In this document: positions 11,741-21,548 of the stretch, piece by piece
How the letters are laid out: every line of letters starts with the position of its first letter
Numbering within the stretch: position 1 is the stretch's first letter
From: Mycobacterium leprae TN
GTDB taxonomy: Bacteria; Actinomycetota; Actinomycetes; Mycobacteriales; Mycobacteriaceae
Direction of reading: 5' to 3'
Length of the DNA: 32,000 bases
Assembly (NCBI RefSeq): GCF_000195855.1
Contig: NC_002677.1
Location: 150,001-182,000, forward strand
Made by a program: the position numbers and the translations under genes
The notes under the pieces: model-generated
Told to the model about the DNA's origin: nothing
The model's input: only the letters and a program-made list of their open reading frames with translations
Databases searched by the model: none

Positions 11741-12577
11741 CTACTCCCCGATGAACTGCGGTGCCCGCTTGGCGAACGTGGCCGATATGCCCTCGGTCAG
11801 ATCCTTGGACGGCAGAAAGGCCGCGTTCCACGCAGCGACGTAGCGTAGGCTCTCTGAGATCGCGGAGGTGCGTTGTTGGTAAAGGACATCCTTGACGCCG
11901 TAGACCGCTAGTGGCGGGTTGGCGGCGATCTCGGCAGCGGTGGCATGGGCGGCAGCCAGCGTCTTGTCGGCATTGTCGTAGACATCATTTACAAGGCCAA
12001 TTTTCTCGGCGCGGGTCGCGTCGATGTCTTTTCCCGTCAACGCCAGTTCACGCAGATGCCCGTCGCTCAAGATCAGTGGAAGGCGGGCGAGACTGCCCAT
12101 GTCGGCGACTATGGCCAGTTTGACTTCCCGCATTGAGAACTTGGCGTCGGCGCTGGCGTAGCGGATATCGACCGCGGAGATCAGGTCTAAAGCGCCACCA
12201 ATGCACCAGCCGTGCACCGCCGCGATCGTGGGCGTGCGGCAATCAGCGACGGCGTTTATCGCCTTCTGCATCCGCAGCACTTCGGCGTGGAAGTCGGTGC
12301 GGGGGCGTGCCAGTGCGCCGTCGGTCAGCAATGGGACGAACTTTCCGCCCATCGCGGGCACGTCCAGGCCGTAGCTAAAATCTTTTCCTGATCCGGTGAT
12401 GACGACGGCCCGTACCTCACGGTTGGTATCTAGCTCTGCGAACACCTCCGGCATCTCCGACCAGAAGGCCGGCCCCATCGCGTTGCCCTTGCCTGGCCCG
12501 ATCAGTGTTACCTGTGCAACCCGATCTTTGATTTCGACGGCAACGGATTCATATGCCCGATTTATGTCTGAGCCCAT
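11741..12577 (-). CDS. echA21: Enoyl-CoA hydratase/isomerase family protein EchA21
   Basis: ATG at 12577 (MGSDINRAYESVAVEIKDRVAQVTLIGPGKGNAMGPAFW); crotonase motif TIAAVHGWCIGGALDLISAVDIRYAS; Rv3774-like. Confidence 0.93.
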   Translation of the reverse strand: MGSDINRAYESVAVEIKDRVAQVTLIGPGKGNAMGPAFWSEMPEVFAELDTNREVRAVVITGSGKDFSYGLDVPAMGGKFVPLLTDGALARPRTDFHAEVLRMQKAINAVADCRTPTIAAVHGWCIGGALDLISAVDIRYASADAKFSMREVKLAIVADMGSLARLPLILSDGHLRELALTGKDIDATRAEKIGLVNDVYDNADKTLAAAHATAAEIAANPPLAVYGVKDVLYQQRTSAISESLRYVAAWNAAFLPSKDLTEGISATFAKRAPQFIGE

Positions 12578-14074
12578 ATCAAGACCATAGCGCGGCAGCG
12601 GTCTGCCGAGGTTAACGAGGTAAGGACGAAGGTCTCCACCTGCTTGGCGTGTCCACGCAGGGAAAGGGCGCGTACCAGCGCCTGGCGCACCAACTCGTAT
12701 GCGAGCCGACGGGTGACTAGTAATTCGCCGCAGGCTGCTTGTTCTACCTTTGTGCCGCAAAGTTGACCGGGTCACCAAGCGCGGTTAGGTCCACGCCAGT
12801 TTCGCCAACATTGCCCATGTATGCCACGTTTGCATTCACCGCCACACTGATGTGTCGCAAGGAACTTTTTTCGTGCTATAGCCAATGGCTTGCAACAGAT
12901 CTCATCCTTCCTGAATTATTGACGATCGATATTAATTCTTGCTTATGCCTTTAACTAAAGACGTTATAATTTCGTTGTTGGTAAACTTGTCAACCAATGC
13001 GTTTCTGCGCAACAGCTCTCGCGTCGTGGTTACTTCAAACCGGTTGATTGGCATGACGAAATCTGAGTCAGCATTGGCTTCACCCATGGTGGTTCACCGG
13101 CGCACTTCGGTGCGCAACATCGCAATGTCGACCTCGGTTCCGTCGGGGGAATTCTGTCGCAACCACGGAAGCACAGGTTGGGATTCTTACGTGACCGTGC
13201 GTAGCTTGCGGAAGCAAAATGCTTCCGCAAGCTACGCTAACGGACGGGTTGCTGTACCCCGTACAGTACGGTTACTGCGGTAACAATCGGAACAGGAGTT
13301 GCTATACTACTGTAGCTTAGTGTGTCCTTCGGTTAACAGCGCGTGCCAGAAATCATGAAGTGGGTAACGGCGAATCCGGAGACATGGGCGAGACACAATC
13401 GGAATTATCCATGCCGCTACCTCATATGCTTTCGCCGCCATGAGCTATAGGCTGTTAATGCAACAGGTTTCGTGTTGTCACCGTTGTTTCGCAACGTTTT
13501 CTTCCGATACTTCCTCGAAATCGAGGCCATGGACCTGAAACGGGGTAGAGCGGTGCTGCTCGTCGTAACAAGTGGTTTATCAGACTCAATCCAGTATTAA
13601 GCAATGTACCTGACCATCTGGACACATCACTGAGGCTATCGGCGCATCAGATGTTTTGACTGTTCCTAAACGTCATTGGGCACCGGATGAGTGCTTGGTT
13701 GCGTACGGTCCGTGCCCGCGACACCGGGTAGCGAGCCTAGAGCTGCTCCTCCTCACCTCCTACTATAGTTTAGGAGGAGTCCAGAATGTCTTTACCGTTC
13801 ATGCTGCCTATCAGCGCCTCGAGCGTTCCGGCGTTGTTGTCCTTGTTCCCCGCGTCTACACACACCAGCGACAGTATGCAAGCTGCCGACTTGAAGGTCT
13901 TGCCGAACCAACTGGCTTTCTCCGACTGGTCGTTGATCTTGTGTCTGGCGTGGAATTCATCGCTCTTCTGCTCGCCGAGCGTGGCAGGACAAGCTCGCGT
14001 GTTCTTTGAACTCGGCGAATGTGTCATGTGCCAAACCATCGGGTACTCTCCGGCTCGGTGCTCGCAATCTTAGT

Positions 14075-14945
14075 CACCGCCAAACCGCAAGCAAGGCCTC
14101 GTGTCATCCGGCTAGCCGATAGTGATTCGGACACCGAACCGTGCCGTACTTGCGGATAACAATGCGAGCATTCGCTTCCTGCTCAACGAAATTCAGTGTG
14201 TGATGCCTAAAGGCACCCAGACGAAGTTGGTTTGTGCCGGCGAGAGCGCGAACCCAGCGTCGCACAACGCGACGTTGACCCGAGTATGGTACCTGACCAG
14301 GGAGTCCGTGCTGGCTAGCAGCTCTTCGTTGACCTTAAGTGCGACAATGGTGGCGTCTTGTGCGACGTTCGATACAGTGAACGGCACGTAGACCTTGTCC
14401 AGCACAGTGATCGTGTCGGAGTAGCTGATCGCATAGCCTACCCTTAATCCCATACTACTTGAAAAGGCTTTCAGCACAACGATATCCGAATTCACCCGGA
14501 CCAATTCAGGGCTGTCTTGCGGCAGACTGTAACGGATATATTCGACGTAGGCCTTATCGATGTCGATCAGGATTGTGTGGCGGAACCATCTCCACGAAGC
14601 GGGCAAGCTCGTCTGGATCTAAGGCGGTGTCCGTCGGATTAATTGGGGGTTGCAAACGAAAAACAGCCCGGTGCGGCTGGTGATCGCGGCTAGCATCGCA
14701 TAGAAGTCAAAGGTGTGGTCGGCCAACGGCACTTTAACGGTGGCTGCGCCGGCTACCTGGACTTGGGTCGGATAGACTTCAAAGCTGCGCCCCCCGAAAA
14801 CTACCTCGTCGCGGGTTGAGGCAGTGATCTGGGCCAGTTGCTGGGACAGGCTGACTGAACCGCACATGCATGAGACCAGGTCCCGTCTTATCGGGCGTAC
14901 AAACCGCCAACCCGGCCAGCCCGGGCCGCAGGAAGGTAATCTACT
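14075..14945 (-). pseudogene. hisC2: Degenerate histidinol-phosphate/aromatic aminotransferase (HisC2/Pat, Rv3772-like)
   Basis: Minus fragments: LRPGLAGLAV..P (near 14930), MCGSVSLSQQLAQITASTRDEVVFGGRSFEVYPTQVQVAGAATVKVPLADHTFDFYAML (ORF 14619..14867), IDIDKAYVEYI..VVLKAFSS..LRVGYAI..TVLDKVYVPFTVS..NFVWVPLG (ORF 14193..14606), then frameshifted NFVEQEANARIVIRKYGT. Frameshifts, an N-terminal deletion, and catalytic FSK changed to FSS. Confidence 0.9.
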
Positions 14946-15034
14946 TCAACAGTATATGTTGCTGCTGTGTACGCTATGCCTCCGTCGGTTCAGGGATTCC
15001 AGGAGGGGATCGGGTACCCTCAGGAGGGTCCAAA

Positions 15035-15124
15035 GGAGGCGTGCCAGAGCGGCCGAATGGGGCTCACTGCTAATGAGTTGTCCCCCTTGGAAGGGGACCG
15101 GAGGTTCAAATCCTCTCGCCTCCG
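15035..15124 (+). tRNA. tRNA-Ser (anticodon GCU)
   Basis: Acceptor GGAGGCG/CGCCTCC, anticodon loop CTGCTAA, long variable arm, GGTTCAAATCC T-loop. Confidence 0.96.
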
Positions 15125-15146
15125 CCGCGGATATAACTAAAGACAG

Positions 15147-15219
15147 GCGCCCGTAGCTCAACGGATAGAGCATCTGACTACGGATCAGAAGGTTAGGGGT
15201 TCGAATCCCTTCGGGCGCG
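15147..15219 (+). tRNA. tRNA-Arg (anticodon ACG)
   Basis: Acceptor GCGCCCG/CGGGCGC, anticodon stem-loop TCTGA-CTACGGA-TCAGA, GGTTCGAATCC T-loop. Confidence 0.96.
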
Positions 15220-15544
15220 CTCTGTGGTGTCTCACCTGCCAGCAATGGGTGTACAGCTCCCATTACATGCCGTAGTCGATAGGCGCGTGTTAGATTTGGC
15301 TAAAGCTGGCGATCTCGTGCAAGTTGTCTTGCCACCCCCATCAGCCGCTGATTTGAAACACTTGCTGGCATTAGCTGAGCTGATAGTTGGCAGATATAAA
15401 CTGACCCGGGTAACCGAGGTGCTCACCTATACACGATGCTCGGCTTGAAGTAAGCCAGTACGGTGTAACAGGTAATATGCGACAAGTAGTGGACGGTGTT
15501 GCCAGTATACCGTTGCGATTGCGATTAGGTTGTCGGTGCTGGCC

Positions 15545-15700
15545 AATTTAGCTAGTTTGGCCGAGGGCGTGGACGAACGCACTGGACTCATCCGGTTGGC
15601 GCCAGGTGGTTAGCAGCCGGCCCAGGTTCAGCAAAGGGGCACCGACCGTACACATTTCCTCATCCACGATGGCAACCACGTCTGGCTCGTTGCGGGAGAA
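15545..15700 (-). pseudogene. Relic of aminoglycoside-phosphotransferase-family gene (FadE36/Rv3761c-like)
   Basis: Minus-strand translation NVMFSRNEPDVVAIVDEEMCTVGAPLLNLGRLLTTWRQPDE resembles the APH motif DN(V/T)(M)..VDWE...GDPLLDLGWLLATWRQP; conserved residues lost and no long ORF around it. Confidence 0.6.
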
Positions 15701-16948
15701 CATTACGTTGGCAGCGTTGGTAGGCACATGGCGTCTAGTATGTCGTACGGTGTTGTTCCAACCGGGATGCTGCCTGCTCGATGCCCGGGATCTGCGGTCC
15801 CGGGTAGTTATCGTATTGTCGCCAGGACTTTAATCTTCGAAAGCCAGCTCGGCACTTGGCTTTCCATGAACTTCACCAACTTACAGAATCGGCATACACG
15901 CCCTCGACATGGTCGACGGCACCTAGCATCGTTAATGCATCATGAGACAAACCGCGTTCCGGGATTGTTAACGTGTAGTGGTGGAAGGATGATCACCGTC
16001 TGCGCGGTGCCCACCGGCGTTGTTGACACAGTTGGCGATCAAGTGGGTGTGTAGTAAGTCGGAGTTGGCTAGTGTGGCAAGGATTTTGATTTCTCCCAGG
16101 CCGAAGCTGTTGCTGTCGGGATGCCGGTACTGTGGTCTGTGCCGCAGAACATTAGTGTAGTCTCGGCCGGTTGAACGGCAACATGATGTTTTGTGTTTAG
16201 CGTCGGTGATCCCGGCAATATCGTCCAGCGGACCCTAGTCCAGCCCCTGCTGTTACATCCATTTCGCGCCGGTCAGTCAAGTCCACGTTGAGATCCAGGT
16301 CACCCACGTGCTTGAACCTATTGGGTGGATGGTGGAGCTTTGAGGGATGCGTCAGCCCCTTGGGAGGCGCGGTGTATTGGCCGATAGGCGCCCAGATCAT
16401 GCTGTTCCGGTCGACGCTCCCCGCGGCCGACTGACCACGGTATCGCCAATCCCGGCGGTAGATTGTTGCCGGTGCAGGCCCAGGGCCTGTTATTGAGCGC
16501 ATACATGCGTTTAGCGTGGTCGGCAGTTGGTTGGCTTTCAACGCTGGCTGGCTAGGGTTTCCTCGACTTCGACCTTGTGCGAAGACAGCGGGAGGTAATG
16601 CAGCGCGTGTGGATTGTGGTTGCCAAGCTGGTACACAGCTTACGTATTACGTAACAAACTTCGAACACCTCTAGTCTCCGGAGGAGCGCACGCTTGTCTC
16701 TGACTGGCTGTGCTATCAAGGCTGGGACGTCTCCGTGGCAACCTTCATGGAGCTGATGGCTAGCTACAGCCGCAGCATTCCGCTATCTGCCGGAGACAAA
16801 ATGCCGCTTACCCGCTTCGTGTTTGCCCAGCGGCCAGCAAACTGACGGCAGAGGCATGTCATGTATGATACGCTCTGAGCGTAGTCAGTTCAGCTAGCGT
16901 GTCAACGCAATGCGTGAGATCCGTGTCGCGCTTTCGTTGGCGTCAGCT

Positions 16949-17389
16949 TTAGCTGGGGGCTAGATGTTCGGCGTATAGCTTTAGCTTTTCAGCGAGCCGA
17001 TCGAGCGCGGTGTTAAGGAGCATCTTCACCATGGGTGCGGGTACCGGCATAGTGAGTTCGACATCGAGATCTACGGTCAGTACGCTGCCCCCCTCCGCCT
17101 GCGTCACACTGAACAGTTGCTCCTGCTTGGAATACAGGTCGCCTTGCTGCATGACGGTTTGGATCTGGTTCACCCCCGGGTAGTACACAGCTTGGATGTA
17201 GGTACCTTGCATGCCTTGAAAGTTAATGTCGATGCGCAACTGACTGGGACGTCCGTCGTCGTAGTGCGCGAGCACCCAAACGCCTTTGATCCACTCGTGC
17301 CATTGTGGGTACGACTCGAAATCGGTGACGATGGCCATGATCGTTGCAGTGTCAGTATCGATCTCGACGGTTTTGCTTAAAACTGGCAT
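16949..17389 (-). CDS. SRPBCC (polyketide cyclase/START-like) family protein
   Basis: Translation from ATG at 17389: MPVLSKTVEIDTDTATIMAIVTDFESYPQWHEWIKGVWVL...; C-terminal helix MVKMLLNTALDRLAEKLKLYAE. Confidence 0.85.
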   Translation of the reverse strand: MPVLSKTVEIDTDTATIMAIVTDFESYPQWHEWIKGVWVLAHYDDGRPSQLRIDINFQGMQGTYIQAVYYPGVNQIQTVMQQGDLYSKQEQLFSVTQAEGGSVLTVDLDVELTMPVPAPMVKMLLNTALDRLAEKLKLYAEHLAPS

Positions 17390-17530
17390 TTGCGAAGCAT
17401 AGCCAGGTGCCCGGCGCCCACCGAACAAGCAGTCCGGTCATCCCTACCGGCTACGAACGCCTACGATTCGGTGATCCCGGCCGTTGCTCTACCGCCCCGT
17501 GCTCACAATGCTGTATTTTCCAAGTTCGCG

Positions 17531-18889
17531 CGTCGCCCGTGTAGGCTACCGGCGTCGAGGTGGGGGATACTAAAGCGCTTTAGATGTTGCCAGCGAGGTG
17601 GGAAAGGATGCCGGTATGAGCACGGCACCGGATACTGTACCCGAGTGCCAGTCCCGTAGGATGCGGATCCTCTTTATCGCGGAAGCAGTTACGCTAGCCC
17701 ACGTTGTGCGGCCGTTTGCCGTGGCGCGCTTGCTTGACCCAAGCCGGTATGAGGTGCACTTCGCCTGCGATCCACGGTACAACAACCTGTTGGGTCCGTT
17801 GCCTTTCCCTCACCACCCGATCCACACCGTCCCCAGCAAGCGGTTTCTCGACAACATGGCTCAAGGTCGACTCTTCCTCTACGGACCGCGAACGCTGCGG
17901 AAGTACGTCGAGGAGGACAGCAAATTGCTGTCCGAGATCGAACCGGACCTCGTGGTCGGTGACCTTCGCTGGTCGCTGTCCGTTAGCGCCCGACTAGCAA
18001 GTATTCCCTATATTGCAATCGCCAATGCCTACTGGAGTTCCCACGCCCGCCGCCGTTTTCCGCTGCCGGACGTGCTCTACACCCACCTCCTCGGTGTCAG
18101 GTTGGTCAAACTCCTTTACCGGCTGGAACGCCCATTATTCTTCGCCTTCCAGTGTTTGCCGCTCAACTGGGTCCGCCGCAAGCACGGGTTGCCGAGCCTG
18201 GGCTTCAATCTTTGCCGTATTTTTACCGATGGTGATTACACGCTTTATGCCGACGTGCCCGAATTGGTGCCGACGTACGATCTGCCGGCCAACCATCAGT
18301 ATCTCGGACCTGTTCTTTGGTCGCCTGCTGGAGAGTTGCCGAGATGGTGGGATTCGCTGCCAACCGACCGGCCGATCGTCTATGCAACGTTAGGCACTTC
18401 CGGTGGTAAGAATCTGTTGCAGGTGGTGTTGGATGCCTTAGCTGACTTGCCGGTGACGGTGATCGCTGCCACCGCTGGTCGCAGTGAGCTGCAGAATGTT
18501 CCCGCCAACGCCTTCGTGGCGGATTACTTGCCAGGCGAGGCTGCCGCAGCACGCTCTGCTGTGGTGATATGCAACGGTGGTAGTTTGACGACGCAGCAGG
18601 CCTTCGTAGCCGGGGTGCCGGTGGTCGGGATCGCCGGTAACCTGGACCAACACCTGAATATGGAAGCCGTTGAGGCGGCCGGCGCAGGTATCTTGCTGCG
18701 AAGTGAGCGGCTCAAGGTCCGGCGGGTGGCGGACGCGGTAAATCGGGTGCTTGGTCAGTCCGAATATCGGCAAGCTGCCCAGCGACTCGCCGAAGTGTTG
18801 GAGCGACACGTTGCTGGACTCCCGCAGCACATGGAGAATGTGTTGCACACCGTATCGCAGAACCCGCCCCCGACATCGCTGGCCAGACA
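17531..18889 (+). repeat. Copy A of a long direct repeat (leader + glycosyltransferase gene), paired with 21549..22904
   Basis: Offset is 4018 bp up to the N-terminal region and 4015 bp afterwards; common flanks start CGTCGCCCGTGTAGG and end GGCCAGACA. Confidence 0.92.
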
Positions 18890-18914
18890 GAAGAGGCCCC
18901 TGCGGTTCGGCTAG
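17616..18914 (+). CDS. GT-B (GT1) glycosyltransferase, Rv2962c-like PGL rhamnosyltransferase, copy A
   Basis: [54 protein letters not shown]...; C-terminal donor-site motif region [34 protein letters not shown]; AAAGGA upstream of ATG 17616 (ORF extends to GTG 17598). Confidence 0.93.
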   Translation: MSTAPDTVPECQSRRMRILFIAEAVTLAHVVRPFAVARLLDPSRYEVHFACDPRYNNLLGPLPFPHHPIHTVPSKRFLDNMAQGRLFLYGPRTLRKYVEEDSKLLSEIEPDLVVGDLRWSLSVSARLASIPYIAIANAYWSSHARRRFPLPDVLYTHLLGVRLVKLLYRLERPLFFAFQCLPLNWVRRKHGLPSLGFNLCRIFTDGDYTLYADVPELVPTYDLPANHQYLGPVLWSPAGELPRWWDSLPTDRPIVYATLGTSGGKNLLQVVLDALADLPVTVIAATAGRSELQNVPANAFVADYLPGEAAAARSAVVICNGGSLTTQQAFVAGVPVVGIAGNLDQHLNMEAVEAAGAGILLRSERLKVRRVADAVNRVLGQSEYRQAAQRLAEVLERHVAGLPQHMENVLHTVSQNPPPTSLARQKRPLRFG

Positions 18915-19584
18915 CTGCTGTTACGTATCGTCATGTTCTGCAGTGTGTTACCTGTGACGGCTACGGCAGGGCAGATATGTTTCCGTCATCGGCTAGGTGT
19001 TGTGAGTGCGTCTAACTGCTGGCTTGGAGCGTAACGCGATTCGCGGTGGCATCGCTGCGTCCAGCATGGGTATGAACAGTTACAATAACCTGATAACGTT
19101 GTAGATAGCGCTGGCTCGTTGAGAATATACAGTCGCGATGTGGTCGACCGCACGGGTACGTGTTCTGTACGGGTGGCACGTAGCTAGAATGACAACGCGA
19201 GCGCTCTATGAGCACCTCCACCAAACCCATGGTGCTTAGTGGATTGCGGCAGCGCGGACAGATGACGATTTTAAACGAATCGTGTCGCCACCGCCAGCTG
19301 TCACTGTAAAATGTATCATCGCAAATCTTGGAATAGGAATAGGTAGTGTGGTTTCCCTTAACCTTTGCAACAATTTCTGGATTCCAAGGTGCAAGCACTC
19401 TCGATGCTGGCTTAGAATACGTGCGGGTTAAGAGTTTCGATCACTTTGACGAGTCACCCTTATCGGAAAGTGGCGATCGCCTGGCGAACGGGGCCTGACT
19501 GGCCGAGTATCGGCCATATGTTGAAACAACGACTCGACGCCGACTCCGGGATACGGTTGTTCGTCTCGACGAAAGGAGTCTGCC

Positions 19585-20406
19585 ATGAGAGCAGCCGAAG
19601 CTTCGAAGGCGCTCATGTGGCGCATCATCGAAGAGAGTTGGAACAACGCCCAGTTCTACTTCGCGAAGGATCATCACCGGATTAAGGTCGTGCAGCAGGC
19701 GCTCAATGGGTGGGAGGCTCCTGTTTATCTTGAGATTGGCGTTTCGCACGGATTTGTATTTCGGCGTGTTGCCGCCGACGTGAAGATCGCCGTTGACCCG
19801 GCTTGCAAGCTCTCGGCCCGCTCTCGCCGGCTCGCTGCTGCGAAGGCACGTGCCACCCACTACTTCGAGATGACCAGTGACGCCTTTTTTGCGGATGAGA
19901 CGGCCTTTCTTGAGCAGCGCGGCATCGACGTTGCGCTGATTGATGGGTTACATACTTATGGACAGGTCGTGCGTGATGTCGAGAACACTCTGCGCTATCT
20001 GCGCGATGACGGGATTATTGTCCTGCACGACTGCAATCCCAAGCAGGCCTCGGTCGCCTACCCGGCGACGTCCTACGCCGACTTTCGTGCGCATAATCAC
20101 TGGTGGAACGGCCCCTGGAGCGGAGATGTTTGGAAATCGATTGTCCACCTGCGCAGCACTCGGCACGACTTGCGCATCGCGGTGCTGGACTGTGACTGGG
20201 GCGTCGGGATCATACGAAAAGGATCACCGGAATCGCCATTGTCTTACTCGGCTGCGCAGATCGAGGCGCTCAATTACGAGGATCTCGTCGCCGACCGCGG
20301 GTGTTTACTTAACCTGAGACCGCCCGCCTATCTAGATGATTTTCTCTCACTTCAGCGCTCAATCTCACCAAATTCCTACAATACCGCCCGGGTCGACCCT
20401 GCTTGA
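19585..20406 (+). CDS. Class I SAM-dependent methyltransferase, candidate PGL sugar O-methyltransferase
   Basis: 273 aa; LEIGVSHGFVFRRVAADVKIAVDP, GIDVALIDGLHTYGQVVRDVENTLRYLRDDGIIVLHDCNP; good RBS (GAAAGGAG) before ATG; located between PGL glycosyltransferases. Confidence 0.88.
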   Translation: MRAAEASKALMWRIIEESWNNAQFYFAKDHHRIKVVQQALNGWEAPVYLEIGVSHGFVFRRVAADVKIAVDPACKLSARSRRLAAAKARATHYFEMTSDAFFADETAFLEQRGIDVALIDGLHTYGQVVRDVENTLRYLRDDGIIVLHDCNPKQASVAYPATSYADFRAHNHWWNGPWSGDVWKSIVHLRSTRHDLRIAVLDCDWGVGIIRKGSPESPLSYSAAQIEALNYEDLVADRGCLLNLRPPAYLDDFLSLQRSISPNSYNTARVDPA

Positions 20407-20661
20407 ATACGACCCGAATAACTGGCTCTCTCACCCGAGATTATCGTCCGTGCTGCTCCGCTACTATTGCTAGAACATTGGGTCAACTAACGCTGAATGT
20501 TCCGAATAATTCTAGACCAAAATTTTTTACTGCTGGTGAGTGTAAATTGTGTGATTGATGTATCGGTTATGTTGTCAAATTGAAGCAACATCAGTATTTA
20601 TATTGGAATTCTGCTACGGACAATGTGTTCGCATTGCTAGGGCTATACGAGGAGATGAGGA

Positions 20662-21351
20662 ATGGAACGAGTACGACAAATGTTCAGTTGTGTGTCCGGA
20701 ATGATTTACCGGCCTACCGATTCTATAGCCGAAGAATATCACAAATGGTATTACGGCAACTTTGTGTGGAATACTACTACTTGGATGGGGATTAAATGCT
20801 TGAAGTCGGTCAGCGATATGTGGAACTACCAGGAAATCCTGATCGAGTTGGAACCCTCCCTGGTCATAGAGTTCGGTAGCCGCTTCGGTGGCTCTGCGCT
20901 TTTTTTTGCCAACGTCATGATGCACATCGGCCAACCGTTCAAGGTGCTCTCGGTGGATATTTCTCACAAGGATCTCGACCCAGCAGCGCGCCAACCAGAT
21001 ATTTTGTTCATCGAATCACCATCTACCGCGCCGGCGATCGCCGAGCAAATTCGACGCCTTAAAAATGAATACCCCGGTAAGATCTTCGCCATCTTGGACA
21101 GTGATCACTCGATGAAACAAGTACTGGCCGAGATGAAACTACTACAACCTTTACTCACCGCTGGTGACTATCTGGTCGTGGAAGATTCTAATCTCAATGG
21201 CCATCCCGTTCTTCCGCGGTTTGGCGCCGGCCCGTATGAAGCCATTGAGGCATACGAGCGTGAATTTCCGGGTGATTACGAGCACGATGTCGCACGGGAG
21301 AAAAAATTCGGATTTACATTCGCGACCAACGGATTCTTGATCCGCAAATAA
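20662..21351 (+). CDS. CmcI/cephalosporin-hydroxylase-like methyltransferase, Rv2959c-like (PGL rhamnose O-methyltransferase family)
   Basis: EEYHKWYYGNFVWNTTTWMGIKCLKSVSDMWNYQEIL...SLVIEFGSRFGGSALFFANVM...IFAILDSDHSMKQVLAEMKLLQPLLTAGDYLVVEDSN. Confidence 0.9.
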   Translation: MERVRQMFSCVSGMIYRPTDSIAEEYHKWYYGNFVWNTTTWMGIKCLKSVSDMWNYQEILIELEPSLVIEFGSRFGGSALFFANVMMHIGQPFKVLSVDISHKDLDPAARQPDILFIESPSTAPAIAEQIRRLKNEYPGKIFAILDSDHSMKQVLAEMKLLQPLLTAGDYLVVEDSNLNGHPVLPRFGAGPYEAIEAYEREFPGDYEHDVAREKKFGFTFATNGFLIRK

Positions 21352-21548
21352 GAGCATATAGTGTGAGGCAACTCGACGACCTCATCTCGAGCAGCCTAGA
21401 CGTCAGTAATCACCATTGGATTATTACCGCCCGGGCGTTCGACCAACGAATTTTGTAGCTTCAAGTTCGCATCCGCGCCCAGGGCGGCAACGGCAGCGTT
21501 GCCACAGGCCGATCAAGCTGGCCGATAACGCGTCATTTCGAATCAGGC

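Larger units (their letters stand above)
12580..16900. other. Gene-decay tract between echA21 and the SRPBCC gene; only tRNAs look functional
   Basis: About 4.3 kb in which all track ORFs are short and unrecognisable apart from the hisC2 and APH relics; stops in all frames. Confidence 0.75.

Noticed and set aside
13656-14073. Overlapping 117-aa, 95-aa and 89-aa ORFs in the decay tract
   Set aside because: Three mutually overlapping frames, none with a recognisable family or convincing RBS context; most likely residual DNA.
16197-16541. Minus-strand ORF 114 aa
   Set aside because: No recognisable motifs; lies in the decay tract. Could be a gene relic but I cannot name it.
12580-16900. Known leprosy-bacillus dispersed repeats such as RLEP
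   Set aside because: The RLEP primer sequences I remember were not seen in the window; other repeat families could not be tested without a database.
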